DNA from: Wolbachia endosymbiont of Drosophila innubila
GTDB lineage: Bacteria; Pseudomonadota; Alphaproteobacteria; Rickettsiales; Anaplasmataceae
DNA length: 32,000 nucleotides
Direction of reading: 5' to 3'
NCBI RefSeq assembly: GCF_021378375.1
Contig: NZ_CP076228.1
Span: 450,001-482,000 of the forward strand
Part shown: positions 1 to 10,208 of the stretch, piece after piece
How the letters are laid out: every line of letters starts with the position of its first letter
Numbering within the stretch: the first letter of the stretch is position 1
The notes under the pieces: generated by a model
The model's database searches: none
The model's input: the letters and a program-made list of their open reading frames with translations, nothing else
Told to the model about the DNA's origin: nothing
Translations under genes and position numbers: made by a program

Positions 1-92
1 AAACATTAAAAAATTTACCAAATGAAAAAAAAGGCAAAAGAAACCCTAGTCATTGTCTATTTTCAGTATTGGCGTTTTTAAGTCTTAAACAC
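1..92. repeat. Intergenic ~90-100 nt repeat family, copy 1 (may extend left of the window)
   Basis: The core 'aaacattaaaaaatttaccaaatgaaaaaaaaggcaaaagaaaccc' recurs at 133-240 and 11491-11583. All copies share a '...ggcgt...' tail. Confidence 0.5.
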
Positions 93-132
93 TGCAATTT
101 AGCTGCTTTTGAATGCAACTAACCTACGCTGC

Positions 133-240
133 AAATGTTTAAGAAATTTACTAAGCAGAAAAAAAGGCAAAAGAAACCCCGTGTTAGCTAGTTGTCACTC
201 TCTAATCCTGCAAATTGGCGTACTATACTGTCTTAAACGA
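133..240. repeat. Intergenic ~90-100 nt repeat family, copy 2
   Basis: 'aagaaatttactaagcagaaaaaaaggcaaaagaaaccccgtg' and the tail 'ggcgtactatactgtcttaaac' parallel copy 1 ('ggcgtttttaagtcttaaac'). Confidence 0.5.
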
Positions 241-457
241 CTTATAAGCGCGTTTCAGCTTATATAGGTAAAAACCCAGAAATGTTGTGAAGACATAAGG
301 TGCACATAGTGCAAAAAATTAAAAATAAGACGCCAACTACGTTGTTTTCTTGCTGTTTAATCTGCACAGATGAAGATAACTGAATACCTTCAATACCATG
401 ATAAGGGGGCTGGCGGAGTTTGTCAAGCAAGTTTTTCGTTTCTATATGGGCTATACC

Positions 458-1264
458 TTAAGACTTCAACGTCTTAACGCACTTGACCCCACCAGCATAT
501 AAATTTGCATGGCTCTTTCCAGTATTAAGCAATGCAAATCCAATGTTGTCTACACTAGAGCGCAGTTCCCCTATTTCCTCATTGTTTTCATTTGTCACTT
601 TAGTGCCAATATCTGGAAGTGCGTTATCCCCCTCAACAAGGTAAAGTTTTCTTCTGAATATTTCTTGTCTGCTCATTCGATTTACAACTTCCTGACCTAT
701 ATAACACCCCTTATTAAAGCTTATACCGTTTACTTTATCGATTAAAAATTGCAGCGGAAACGATGAATTCTGCACCATATCTTTCGCTCCATCTGGAACG
801 AGATTTTGAATTCTGACTTTTTCATACTGAGTAAAATCCCCAACCGGCTCTTTCATTTCATCTTTATGTATGATCCTCATTCCTAGCAGCTTGTGCCTTG
901 GATCTTGAAAAATAACTTGTGACTTACTACTACACTCCGCCAACTTAGTATTAAACAAAACCCCAACCTTATATAGTGCACTAACGTCTTTAATCTTTAC
1001 CCTCAAATAAGTTTTAAGTAAATCTAGTTTCTCGATTATTTGCTGCAAGTGCATGTTTTCGCACTCCAAGAGGGTGTATTTACCATATTCAATAAGAAAA
1101 AAATCATATAGATATTTTCCCTGAGGGCTAAGCAATAAAGAGTAAATGGCTTTTTGGCTATCCAACTTATTAATATCATTGGTTATAATACCCTGCAGAA
1201 AATCTCTAGTGTCAGGCCCATATAGCACTATCACACCACGACTTAAAAATGGTATATAACTCAT
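458..1264 (-). CDS. ygfZ: Folate-binding YgfZ / GcvT-like protein
   Basis: 268-aa ORF carrying the YgfZ signature K-G-C-Y-x-G-Q-E ('FNKGCYIGQEVVNRM'). The N-terminus is GcvT-like ('VIVLYGPDTRDFLQGIITNDI'). Confidence 0.75.
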   Translation of the reverse strand: MSYIPFLSRGVIVLYGPDTRDFLQGIITNDINKLDSQKAIYSLLLSPQGKYLYDFFLIEYGKYTLLECENMHLQQIIEKLDLLKTYLRVKIKDVSALYKVGVLFNTKLAECSSKSQVIFQDPRHKLLGMRIIHKDEMKEPVGDFTQYEKVRIQNLVPDGAKDMVQNSSFPLQFLIDKVNGISFNKGCYIGQEVVNRMSRQEIFRRKLYLVEGDNALPDIGTKVTNENNEEIGELRSSVDNIGFALLNTGKSHANLYAGGVKCVKTLKS

Positions 1265-1353
1265 GAAATCTCTATAAATAAATCTAAATTTTATTATATA
1301 ACATTAGGCTCTTTTAGAAACTGCTTTTGGCGTGCATATTTTACAAGCTCCAG

Positions 1354-1386
1354 CCCTTGAAATCTAACTTACGAGTATATATATAT
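1354..1386 (+). promoter_or_regulatory. Putative RpoH (sigma-32)-type heat-shock promoter of groESL
   Basis: 'CCCTTGAA' at 1354-1361 matches the sigma-32 -35 consensus. An AT-rich 'gtatatatat' -10-like box follows about 14-17 nt downstream, 37 nt before the groES ATG. No CIRCE inverted repeat was seen. Confidence 0.4.
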
Positions 1387-1422
1387 AAACTCATAAGTTA
1401 ATTTGTTGATGAGGAAAAACAA

Positions 1423-1713
1423 ATGTCAAGTATAAGTTTAAATGTATTAGATGATAGCGTGCTGATCAAGCCTATTAGCGAAGAAAAGCAAGGTGGAATT
1501 GTGCTTCCATCAAGTGCTGAAAAGAAACCTACTAAAGGTGAAGTTATAGCAATTGGTGAAGGTTCACGCAATTCAAGTGGCGAACGCGTAACTTTAACTG
1601 TGAAAGCTGGTGATAAAGTGTTCTATCGCCAATGGGCTGGTACAGAAATAGAACATAATAATGAGAAGCTTATCGTGATGAAAGAGTCCGATATACTTGC
1701 TGTCATTAAGTAG
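1423..1713 (+). CDS. groES: Co-chaperonin GroES
   Basis: 96-aa ORF with typical Cpn10 sequence ('[24 protein letters not shown]', '[14 protein letters not shown]'). It lies directly upstream of groEL. Confidence 0.95.
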   Translation: MSSISLNVLDDSVLIKPISEEKQGGIVLPSSAEKKPTKGEVIAIGEGSRNSSGERVTLTVKAGDKVFYRQWAGTEIEHNNEKLIVMKESDILAVIK

Positions 1714-1813
1714 CAGTCTTTATTTTACTAAACTGAAACAAAGCGCAACATAGCGCATTGTAAATGATTTTATTATAGTTTTCTAAATTTTTTATTAACA
1801 AGAGGTGATAAAA

Positions 1814-3463
1814 ATGACTAATGTAGTAGTATCAGGTGAGCAGTTGCAAGAAGCCTTTCGTGAAGTTGCAGCAATAGTGGATTCAACGGTAGCAATAACT
1901 GCAGGACCTAGAGGAAAAACAGTAGGGATTAATAAGCCCTATGGAGCACCAGAAATTACAAAAGATGGTTATAAGGTGATGAAGGGTATCAAGCCTGAAA
2001 AACCATTAAACGCTGCGATAGCAAGCATCTTTGCACAGAGTTGTTCTCAATGTAACGATAAAGTTGGTGATGGTACAACAACGTGCTCAATACTAACTAG
2101 CAACATGATAATGGAAGCTTCAAAATCAATTGCTGCTGGAAACGATCGTGTTGGTATTAAAAACGGAATACAGAAGGCAAAAGATGTAATATTAAAGGAA
2201 ATTGCGTCAATGTCTCGTACAATTTCTCTAGAGAAAATAGACGAAGTGGCACAAGTTGCAATAATCTCTGCAAATGGTGATAAGGATATAGGTAACAGTA
2301 TCGCTGATTCCGTGAAAAAAGTTGGAAAAGAGGGTGTAATAACTGTTGAAGAGAGTAAAGGTTCAAAAGAGTTAGAAGTTGAGCTGACTACTGGCATGCA
2401 ATTTGATCGCGGTTATCTCTCTCCGTATTTTATTACAAATAATGAAAAAATGATCGTGGAGCTTGATAATCCTTATCTATTAATTACAGAGAAAAAATTA
2501 AATATTATTCAACCTTTACTTCCTATTCTTGAAGCTATTGTTAAATCTGGTAAACCTTTGGTTATTATTGCAGAGGATATCGAAGGTGAAGCATTAAGCA
2601 CTTTAGTTATCAATAAATTGCGTGGTGGTTTAAAAATTGCTGCAGTAAAAGCTCCAGGTTTTGGTGACAGAAGAAAGGAGATGCTCGAAGACATAGCAAC
2701 TTTAACTGGTGCTAAGTACGTCATAAAAGATGAACTTGGAATCAAGATGGAAGATCTCACGCTTGATGATCTTGGTACGGCTAAAAATGTTAAAATTACT
2801 AAAAATAATACCACAGTTGTCAGCGAAAATAGCGATTCTGACAGTGTGAAAGCTAGAATCGAGCAGATTAAATCTCAAATTGAAACTTCAACTTCTGATT
2901 ATGATAAAGAAAAGCTAAGAGAACGTTTAGCGAAATTATCAGGTGGCGTTGCTGTGCTCAAAGTTGGTGGAGCAACTGAAGTGGAAGTTAAAGAACGTAG
3001 AGATAGAGTCGAAGATGCGCTGCATGCAACAAGAGCTGCAATTGAAGAAGGTATAGTTCCAGGTGGTGGGGTTGCGCTTCTTTATGCTTCATCTGTTCTC
3101 GACAAATTAAAAGGTGCAAGTGACGAGGAACAAATAGGCATAAACATTATCAAGAAAGTTCTCAGTGCTCCAATTAGAAGGTTAGTCAAAAATGCTGGTC
3201 TTGAATCTGCTGTTATAATTGACTATTTGATTAAGCAGAATGATAAAGAGCTTATATACAACGTTGAGGCTATGAATTACGCTAATGCATTTACAGCTGG
3301 TGTGATTGATCCAGCAAAAGTGGTGCGTATTGCTTTTGAAACAGCGGTATCTGTTGCGAGTGTGCTGATAACTACTGAATCTATGATAGTTGATGTACCA
3401 AGCAAAGAAAATGCTTCATCTCCTATGGGTGCAGGAGAAATGAGTGGCATGGGTGGATTCTAA
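1814..3463 (+). CDS. groEL: Chaperonin GroEL
   Basis: The ORF track starts at GTG 1805. The ATG at 1814 (MTNVVVSG...) sits behind 'agagg' and is the more likely start. Classic Cpn60 motifs are present ('GDGTTT', '[13 protein letters not shown]', '[20 protein letters not shown]') plus a C-terminal GGM-like tail. Confidence 0.95.
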   Translation: MTNVVVSGEQLQEAFREVAAIVDSTVAITAGPRGKTVGINKPYGAPEITKDGYKVMKGIKPEKPLNAAIASIFAQSCSQCNDKVGDGTTTCSILTSNMIMEASKSIAAGNDRVGIKNGIQKAKDVILKEIASMSRTISLEKIDEVAQVAIISANGDKDIGNSIADSVKKVGKEGVITVEESKGSKELEVELTTGMQFDRGYLSPYFITNNEKMIVELDNPYLLITEKKLNIIQPLLPILEAIVKSGKPLVIIAEDIEGEALSTLVINKLRGGLKIAAVKAPGFGDRRKEMLEDIATLTGAKYVIKDELGIKMEDLTLDDLGTAKNVKITKNNTTVVSENSDSDSVKARIEQIKSQIETSTSDYDKEKLRERLAKLSGGVAVLKVGGATEVEVKERRDRVEDALHATRAAIEEGIVPGGGVALLYASSVLDKLKGASDEEQIGINIIKKVLSAPIRRLVKNAGLESAVIIDYLIKQNDKELIYNVEAMNYANAFTAGVIDPAKVVRIAFETAVSVASVLITTESMIVDVPSKENASSPMGAGEMSGMGGF

Positions 3464-3474
3464 GTAGAATGAAA

Positions 3475-3496
3475 CCGTGGAGCAATTGCTCCACGG
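3475..3496 (+). terminator. Perfect 22-nt palindrome after groEL (terminator-like hairpin without a U tract)
   Basis: 'ccgtggagcaattgctccacgg' begins 12 nt after the groEL stop. It is followed by 'tagttccaaaaaa', not a T run, so it is not a canonical intrinsic terminator. Confidence 0.35.
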
Positions 3497-3673
3497 TAGT
3501 TCCAAAAAATCTCATATTTTACTATTCGTTAAAGGTAATACGTTTGGTGCAGAAATGCACTACTGTTTGCATCCGTTTCATTCCTTTATATTGTGGTTGT
3601 CTAATAACAAAAAGGCAGCATAAGAAAACTATAACCCCTAGTATATTTATACTATAGCTGACCCAAGCAACAC

Positions 3674-3807
3674 GTCATACCGCGATTCATTCCACAACTG
3701 TACGAACATTACAATATGGCACATAGTAAACGATGTCATGAAAGTAGCTGACACTGGAATGACACCCTTTTGGATGGAAACCAGTGTCACGCACTGGCAT
3801 GACACCC
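3674..3807. repeat. Cluster of short palindromic repeat elements (both families seen elsewhere in the window)
   Basis: 'gtcataccgcgattcattc' also occurs at 11411. 'gacactggaatgacaccc' and the hairpin 'ccagtgtcacgcactgg' + 'catgacaccc' belong to the same family as 6603-6720 and 21641-21836. Confidence 0.6.
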
Positions 3808-4025
3808 ATTTGTTCCTATAGTTGTCTTTTCTCGTCTACCTTATTTTGCCACTCTGCTGAACAGATACAATTTACAACCACCCCCCTACCCTTTTTAGTT
3901 GTTCAGCAAATATAGAGAGGTTAAAGGGAGTGGTATTACTTAAACAACTAAATAAAAAACCAGGTAGATCATTCTGAAATTCTTGCATTTTTGTCCATAA
4001 TTTTGTTAAATAACTTCCCTTTTGG

Positions 4026-7000
4026 TCATATCGAACCAAATTTCTTTTTCACACCACCTTTTAAGCCACTTTCGTTAGTTTTTGTCATAATGCGATCAAA
4101 CACTCCCAATAACCTCTTTAATAGGTTTGGAGTTAGCGAAGAGATAAGATCAACAGATACGTTATTGTTTTTGTCATCACCACTTGCTTTATAGTCTATT
4201 GAAACGATTCCCCTACTTTTCCCACCAGTAAGAAGTTTTCCAATTATAGGAATTTTTAACAAAGATTTATTAATTAAATATGCTGGTATTACTTGTCCTG
4301 CAACCTGGAATTTATAATTTCTAATATCGAGCTTACCACCAGTGCTAATACCTAACTCCGCCCCTTCAAGCCAAGATTCTTCAATTTCAATAGTGCCATC
4401 TTTGTATGAAAAAGGTGCATTACATTTGTAAAAGTATACACCTTCATTTTTTATGGCATTTACAATGCCAGGCAATGAAGACATCGACAATAAAGTAGTA
4501 AGTAGTGGAGCATCTTTGATGTAGAAATTGCTAATGGATAACGTACCATAATGTTCTCCACTTTCTCTCTGAGGAGAGAGATAAAAAGACAATTTGCCGT
4601 TTTTAATTGATTTACTAATGCCTAAGGAACGCAAAAGCATACCTGAATTATCTGCATATATTTCGAGCCCTATTCCACTGTATTCTGCTAGTATGTTGCT
4701 GCTATCTTCCAGAAACTGCCCTGTAAATTGACTTCCATTGCAATTACCTTTAGTACAGGTTACATTCAGCTTAGCATTTTTGATAACGATGCCTTCTTTC
4801 ATAATTACATTGTCAACATTCATACTAATCTCTATATCTTTATTTAATCCATTACTGTTTTTGCCAAGCAAGCCTAAAATATCACTTAAGTTAATTTCCT
4901 CACCATAAATAGTTATGGCATTTTTCTCCTTACCTGATTCAATTTCTATACTAAAATCATTATCAGGCAATTTAAAGCTACTAGAATTTAAATATAAATT
5001 TCCATTTTCTACTCTTCCGCTGAATTTTATATCTAGGTCATTTCCTACAATGTCTAATTTATCTACTAACAATTCACCTGCTCCTTTTAACCTTGTAGAA
5101 AACAAAATTTTATTGTGATCTTCAAAGCGATTTTTCCACCCTAAGTAGCTTGAATGTGATTCAAATTCTGATAAATCTATATCACCATTAACATACCCCG
5201 TCTTATCTTGATTTATCACTGACTCTAAATTTACACTGACATAGCCACTATCAAAATTAAATATTTGAGCGGGTAAATCTCCGGTCAAATTCCAGGCGAA
5301 ACTTTCATTCCTATTGCTACTTTTCAGGTCAAATAATAGCTGTGTGTTATTCACCATACCACTACCATTTAAATCTATAAAGTCACTGCCAAAACTAAGC
5401 TTAATATCATATTTACCAAGACTTGCATTATAGACGGCCAAATTGTCAATTTCAGAATGAAAATTTGCTGAGAAGTCTACTTTTTTGTCATCAGCATTTA
5501 GATTAAAAATGCGAAAATTAAATACGGATTTTGCCATTCCACTTACTTTATCCCTTTCAACCTTCACCACATCATCCAGCTTAAATCTTATAGGCTCATA
5601 TAAACCATACGCATCACTTACAGCTTTGCCATTAATGGTTAGAACTGAATCTTCCTTATTTAGAGATTTCATTTCAATATCACCACCATTAACAGTGAAA
5701 TTCTGAAACTTAGCGCTATTTACAGTAATTTCAAGATCGTTATTCTTGATGATCAAATCACCCTTTAATTCCTTTACTTGCTCAAAATCTTCATCAAATT
5801 TTACGCTACCGTTTTCTATATCAGCAACAATTACAATGTCTGACAGATCGTCATCAACCAAATTGTTAATTTTGCCATTGAAACTTACAATGGTATTTAA
5901 AACATCCCCATCAATATTATCACAATACCAGCTTTTAAATTTACTATTTACTACACTATCTGGTATATAAGTACATAAATCCTTTGCAGCAAACTTACTA
6001 ATATTAATTCTAAGCAAAGCATGACTTGTACTAAAGTTCATTTTGCCTATCAAAGAGAGATACGTGTCATTTAACTTAAAATGGAAGTTTTTTACACTAA
6101 TAATTCCATCACTATATGTTAAATTTATATTTACATTAGTTAAGGCCAAATTTTTGTTCAAATAATTTTCTGTATTCAATACGTATATATTTCCATCTAC
6201 AATTTCATCCTTTTTATTAATTTTCACTGAGAAGCTTCCTTTGAATCCTATATTTTTGTCCAAATTGTAGCTTTTAACTAATGTAGAAAACTTGCTCAAT
6301 AGTCCCAATTTTAGATCATAAAATGTCCCGTACACATTTAGCAAATTGTTGCGATTTTTTATCGTAATTGATAAATCATCCAAAAATCCCTTTCCATCTT
6401 TTGTATTCACATGAATATCTAAAACATTAAAATCTTCCCCCTTCCCTATATATAATTTATCAATAAAAAACTCATCTTCTGTGCTTTTATCAATAGCGAT
6501 GTTAGTAAATTCAATTTTTGAATCCGCATTTAAGTCAAAAAAAAATTCCCTTATTGTTTTTAATAGATTTTTTGCACTACTTTCTGTCATCTTGAAATTC
6601 TTCCCTGTCATCCCAGTATCTTTTTTTCCTGTCATCCCAGCACTCGTCCTTGTCATCCAAGTAGCTTGACTACTTGTTTCTTTTTTTCTAGATTCCAGCG
6701 TCACGCGCTGGAATGACACCGAAGGAAGGCGATTACTACTTAAATAATGATTATCCAAAAGGTCTAATGAGTTTTGCGGATTAACATTAGTTTCTTCTCT
6801 CTTGATACATACATGCACATTATCAGCTGAAACCTGAGAGAGATTTGTGCTAGCTTTAAATAAGGAACTTAACTTAAAATGTACAAAAAGCTCAGGAACT
6901 TTTATAGTAAAATTAGGGTTTGCTATTGCCAAATCCGTAATGACTAAATACGGATCTTTGCCATCTTTCTGCCAAACAACTGAGGTATTCTCCATATTAA

Positions 7001-7148
7001 CGCTTGAGCCAACAAATATTTTTGATATTTTATGTTTAACATAAAAATCAATATAATTAATATTGATTTCTAAAGGCTTAAAAAAAATAAAGAAGCACAA
7101 TATGAATAATAAAGCTACGGAAAATAATATAGTAATTTTTTTAAGCAT
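4026..7148 (-). CDS. Large AsmA/YhdP-like envelope protein (single N-terminal TM anchor)
   Basis: 1040-aa ORF with an N-terminal hydrophobic helix (ITILFSVALLFILCFFIFF) and a long beta-rich body. The C-terminal region ('GGKLDIRNYKFQVAGQVIPAYLINKSLLKIPIIGKLLTGGKSRGIVSIDYKASG') resembles AsmA_2/YhdP-type C-termini. This family call comes from pattern recognition only. Confidence 0.55.
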   Translation of the reverse strand: MLKKITILFSVALLFILCFFIFFKPLEININYIDFYVKHKISKIFVGSSVNMENTSVVWQKDGKDPYLVITDLAIANPNFTIKVPELFVHFKLSSLFKASTNLSQVSADNVHVCIKREETNVNPQNSLDLLDNHYLSSNRLPSVSFQRVTLESRKKETSSQATWMTRTSAGMTGKKDTGMTGKNFKMTESSAKNLLKTIREFFFDLNADSKIEFTNIAIDKSTEDEFFIDKLYIGKGEDFNVLDIHVNTKDGKGFLDDLSITIKNRNNLLNVYGTFYDLKLGLLSKFSTLVKSYNLDKNIGFKGSFSVKINKKDEIVDGNIYVLNTENYLNKNLALTNVNINLTYSDGIISVKNFHFKLNDTYLSLIGKMNFSTSHALLRINISKFAAKDLCTYIPDSVVNSKFKSWYCDNIDGDVLNTIVSFNGKINNLVDDDLSDIVIVADIENGSVKFDEDFEQVKELKGDLIIKNNDLEITVNSAKFQNFTVNGGDIEMKSLNKEDSVLTINGKAVSDAYGLYEPIRFKLDDVVKVERDKVSGMAKSVFNFRIFNLNADDKKVDFSANFHSEIDNLAVYNASLGKYDIKLSFGSDFIDLNGSGMVNNTQLLFDLKSSNRNESFAWNLTGDLPAQIFNFDSGYVSVNLESVINQDKTGYVNGDIDLSEFESHSSYLGWKNRFEDHNKILFSTRLKGAGELLVDKLDIVGNDLDIKFSGRVENGNLYLNSSSFKLPDNDFSIEIESGKEKNAITIYGEEINLSDILGLLGKNSNGLNKDIEISMNVDNVIMKEGIVIKNAKLNVTCTKGNCNGSQFTGQFLEDSSNILAEYSGIGLEIYADNSGMLLRSLGISKSIKNGKLSFYLSPQRESGEHYGTLSISNFYIKDAPLLTTLLSMSSLPGIVNAIKNEGVYFYKCNAPFSYKDGTIEIEESWLEGAELGISTGGKLDIRNYKFQVAGQVIPAYLINKSLLKIPIIGKLLTGGKSRGIVSIDYKASGDDKNNNVSVDLISSLTPNLLKRLLGVFDRIMTKTNESGLKGGVKKKFGSI
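6603..6720. repeat. Palindromic repeat element embedded in frame in the AsmA-like CDS
   Basis: 'ctgtcatcc(c/a)ag' occurs three times (6605, 6629, 6651). Two hairpins follow: 'caagtagcttgactacttg' and 'tccagcgtcacgcgctgga', then 'atgacac'. The stretch encodes aa ~141-188 (..SFQRVTLESRKKETSSQATWMTRTSAGMTGKKDTGMTGKNFKMT..). Confidence 0.65.
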
Positions 7149-7578
7149 CGATTATTGCTTTTCTTGCTAAACTATCAGCCTCCTCATTATACTTATCGCC
7201 ACTGTGTGCTTTAACCCACTTCCAATCAATTTCGTGTTGTGAAGCAACGTTGTCTAGCTCTTTCCACAATTCCATATTTTTTACTGATTTTTTATTACTT
7301 GTTTTCCAGCCATTCATTTTCCACTTATTTATCCATTCTGTTATGCCATGCTTAACATAAAGACTATCCGTATATAAATTAATATTACAAGAAAATTTCA
7401 ATACTTTCAGCCCATTGATCACCGCTGTTAACTCCATTTTATTGTTTGTGGTATTTTCTTCTCTACCATAAATGTCTTTTCTGTAATCTTGAAATAATAT
7501 GACAGCTGCCCATCCTCCCGCTCCAGGATTACCAGAACACGCCCCATCCGTATATATTATCACTTCTTTTTTACTCAT
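7141..7578 (-). CDS. rnhA: Ribonuclease HI
   Basis: 145-aa ORF with 'IYTDGACSGNPGAGGWAAV', 'TNNKMELTAV' and 'WVKAHSGDKYNEEADSLA'. Its stop overlaps the downstream AsmA-like start (GATGCTTAA, 8-nt overlap). Confidence 0.93.
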   Translation of the reverse strand: MSKKEVIIYTDGACSGNPGAGGWAAVILFQDYRKDIYGREENTTNNKMELTAVINGLKVLKFSCNINLYTDSLYVKHGITEWINKWKMNGWKTSNKKSVKNMELWKELDNVASQHEIDWKWVKAHSGDKYNEEADSLARKAIIDA

Positions 7579-7753
7579 CTTTGTTTATATCGGTTAACAA
7601 AGTATATAGTTGCTTTTATGAAAGCACAATTTCTAAAGGTAGTTTAAGCTGCACCTTTAAATTTTATTATAGAAACAAAAAAAAGTGTGACAACGAGCAT
7701 TACCAAAAGGAAAAGTAAAAAATAGTTTTTATGCTTCTGCCGTTCTTTCATAA

Positions 7754-8641
7754 CTAAAATAAATCAATAGAACAAAAAATAATACTGGCGAATAGGGAAA
7801 ATAGATAAGAAATTGAATAAGAAAACATTTTTTTCTGTGAGCTGTGATTCTTGAACTTCATAACAGATACAGCGTACCAAATAAAAACGCAACCTTCAAA
7901 GGTTGCCATGCTTAGATAAAGTAAAGCCTTTTTCAAAAATAGAGCCGGAAGCAAGCTAGTTAGCACCAGCAAAACACTATAAATTAATATATATTTTCTT
8001 GTTTTTTCCGGACCATAAACAATATTGAACATTGGAATCGATGCCTTTGCATAGTCTTCAGACTTATTTAAAGATAGGGCCCAAAAGTGTGGTGGAGTCC
8101 ACATAAAAATTACTAAAAATAAAATGAAACTTTCCCAACTGACAGAATTAGTCACAGCTGCCCAGCCAATCATTGGAGGGAAAGCACCTGCTGCACCACC
8201 GATAACGATATTCTGCGGAGTACGCCTTTTTAGCCAAATTGTATATATGAAAACGTAAAATAATATGCTAACAGCAAGCAAAGCAGCAGAAATATAGTTT
8301 ACTGCTATTGCCATGATAAATACTGACAATATTCCAAGAGTTATACCAAATTCAAGCGCACTTTCTGCAGAAACTCTACCTGAGGGTATAGGGCGGTTTT
8401 TTGTCCTTTCCATGAGCAGATCTATGTCTCTGTCATACCACATATTTATAGCACCTGCAGATCCTGAGCCAAGAGCAACACATATAAGAGATATTAGTGC
8501 TAGAAAAGGGTGCATACTACCTGGTGCAGTAACCATACTAGCAACTGCAGTAAATACCACAAGATACATTATCCTTGGCTTCAGCAAACGCCAAAAATCC
8601 AGTATTGTTGATTCAACATTTAGCAAAACACTTGTGTACAT
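7754..8641 (-). CDS. ctaB: Protoheme IX farnesyltransferase (heme O synthase)
   Basis: 295-aa polytopic membrane ORF with UbiA-family motifs ('[23 protein letters not shown]', '[10 protein letters not shown]'). It lies 1 nt downstream of coxA. Confidence 0.9.
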   Translation of the reverse strand: MYTSVLLNVESTILDFWRLLKPRIMYLVVFTAVASMVTAPGSMHPFLALISLICVALGSGSAGAINMWYDRDIDLLMERTKNRPIPSGRVSAESALEFGITLGILSVFIMAIAVNYISAALLAVSILFYVFIYTIWLKRRTPQNIVIGGAAGAFPPMIGWAAVTNSVSWESFILFLVIFMWTPPHFWALSLNKSEDYAKASIPMFNIVYGPEKTRKYILIYSVLLVLTSLLPALFLKKALLYLSMATFEGCVFIWYAVSVMKFKNHSSQKKMFSYSISYLFSLFASIIFCSIDLF

Positions 8642-8642
8642 T

Positions 8643-10193
8643 CTATTTTACCACTGGTGGCTTTTCGAAAGTATGAAAAGGCGGTGGTGAAGATACCGTC
8701 CATTCCAAGGTGTCACCTTCCCAAGGATTATCTCCAGCTTTCTTGCCCCATTTAAAAAGATGTATAACTATAAACACAAAAAACATAACTGAAACAAAGG
8801 ACATATACGAACCAATTGAGGATATATAATTCCAAGGGATAAACGCATCAGGATAATCAGGTATACGCCTTGGCATACCAGCTAATCCTAAGAAATGTTG
8901 AGGTAAAAAAGTGATATTGGTGCTAATAAAAGTAAGCCAAAAGTGGATTTGACCTAAGCGCTCATTATATTGTTTACCCGACATTTTACCAATCCAATAA
9001 TAAAAGCCAGCAAAAGCTCCAAATAATGCAGCAAGTGACATGACATAATGGAAGTGAGCAACAACATAATAGGTGTCGTGCAGGAGCTTATCTATTCCAC
9101 CATGAGAAAGAATTATTCCCGTTATGCCACCGCCAACAAACATGAAAATAAAACCTAGTGCAAATAGCATAGGGGTCTTAAACTCAATTGCTCCACCCCA
9201 CATAGTTGCAATCCAGCTAAAGACTTTTACACCAGTTATAACACCGATAAAAATTGTGGTAGTGCTAAAAAATGCAGCAGCGTCAGCACTAAGCCCAACA
9301 GTGAACATATGGTGAGCCCAAACCATAAAGCCAAATACTGCTATACCTATCATTGCATAAACCATCCCTATGTAACCAAATACAGGTCTGTGAGAAAAAG
9401 TTGATACAACCTGACTTATGATGCCAAATGCAGGAAAAATAATTACGTAAACTTCTGGATGACCAAAAAACCAAAATAGATGTTGAAATAACACAGGATC
9501 GCCGCCACCGGCAGGATCAAAAAAGGAAGTACCAATATTGCGATCAGTAAGAAGCATAGTTATAGCACCGGCAAGCACTGGTAAGGCAACAATCAACATA
9601 AATGCTGTTAGCAAGACAGACCAAACAAACAGTGGCATCTTAGTTAATGACATTCCTTTTGTGCGCATGTTAAATATAGTAACTATAAAGTTGATCGCCC
9701 CAACAATTGACGACATACCAGCAACATGAAGTGCAAGTATAGCAATGTCAACTCCTGCACTTGGATGGAACATTACCTGTGATAGAGGTGGATATAAAGT
9801 CCAACCTGTACCTGGACCTTCACCAATAAACACTGAGAGAATGAGCAAAATAAAAGATGACACTAATAACCAAAAACTTAAATTATTCATACGAGGAAAT
9901 GCCATATCTGGTGCGCCAATCATGAGAGGTACAAACCAGTTACCAAATCCTCCCATGAGGGCTGGCATTATCATAAAAAACACCATTATCAACGCATGCC
10001 CTGTAACCATTACGTTATATAATTGATAGTTATTGTTAAGTATATTAATGTGCATTAGCTGAGTGCGAATAATCACCGATAATAATCCACCAATAATTCC
10101 AGCTAATATGGAAAAAATAATGTACAGTGTCCCTATATCTTTATGATTGGTGGAAAACAACCAACGCTTTATGCCCTTTGGTACGTCACTCAT
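8643..10193 (-). CDS. coxA: Cytochrome c oxidase subunit I
   Basis: 516-aa ORF with canonical COX1 motifs ('[14 protein letters not shown]', '[12 protein letters not shown]', 'HHMFTVG', 'VVAHFHYV'). Confidence 0.96.
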   Translation of the reverse strand: MSDVPKGIKRWLFSTNHKDIGTLYIIFSILAGIIGGLLSVIIRTQLMHINILNNNYQLYNVMVTGHALIMVFFMIMPALMGGFGNWFVPLMIGAPDMAFPRMNNLSFWLLVSSFILLILSVFIGEGPGTGWTLYPPLSQVMFHPSAGVDIAILALHVAGMSSIVGAINFIVTIFNMRTKGMSLTKMPLFVWSVLLTAFMLIVALPVLAGAITMLLTDRNIGTSFFDPAGGGDPVLFQHLFWFFGHPEVYVIIFPAFGIISQVVSTFSHRPVFGYIGMVYAMIGIAVFGFMVWAHHMFTVGLSADAAAFFSTTTIFIGVITGVKVFSWIATMWGGAIEFKTPMLFALGFIFMFVGGGITGIILSHGGIDKLLHDTYYVVAHFHYVMSLAALFGAFAGFYYWIGKMSGKQYNERLGQIHFWLTFISTNITFLPQHFLGLAGMPRRIPDYPDAFIPWNYISSIGSYMSFVSVMFFVFIVIHLFKWGKKAGDNPWEGDTLEWTVSSPPPFHTFEKPPVVK

Positions 10194-10208
10194 ATCTATA
10201 CTCCAAAT

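Noticed and set aside
395-457. 'ggggctggcggagtttgtcaagc', considered as a tmRNA/ssrA 5' end
   Set aside because: There is no tRNA-like acceptor/T-arm partner, no tag reading frame and no matching 3' piece nearby. The resemblance is limited to a few bases.
1265-1422. CIRCE heat-shock operator upstream of groES
   Set aside because: I searched by eye for TTAGCACTC-N9-GAGTGCTAA-like inverted repeats and found none.
2047-2814. Antisense ORFs inside groEL (2047-2397, 2157-2366, 2509-2814)
   Set aside because: They lie wholly within and opposite a highly conserved chaperonin CDS. Their composition is low-complexity (S/I/F-rich), typical of shadow ORFs in AT-rich DNA.
3469-3657. 62-aa ORF after groEL, and the 60-aa ORF at 27546-27728 after glmS
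   Set aside because: Both start inside or at the stop of the upstream gene and run through terminator-like or repeat DNA. Their composition is implausible (Cys/Ile/Arg-rich) and no homolog is recognisable.
6603-6662. Three spaced direct repeats 'ctgtcatcc.ag', considered as a mini-CRISPR
   Set aside because: The units are only ~12 nt with 22-24-nt spacing and lie inside a CDS. They belong to a dispersed palindromic family, and there are no cas genes in the window.
8313-10026. Plus-strand ORFs overlapping ctaB/coxA (8313-8690, 9124-9315, 9538-9729, 9745-10026) and 10342-10542 in coxB
   Set aside because: These are shadow frames of strongly supported minus-strand respiratory genes. No motifs or start signals were seen.
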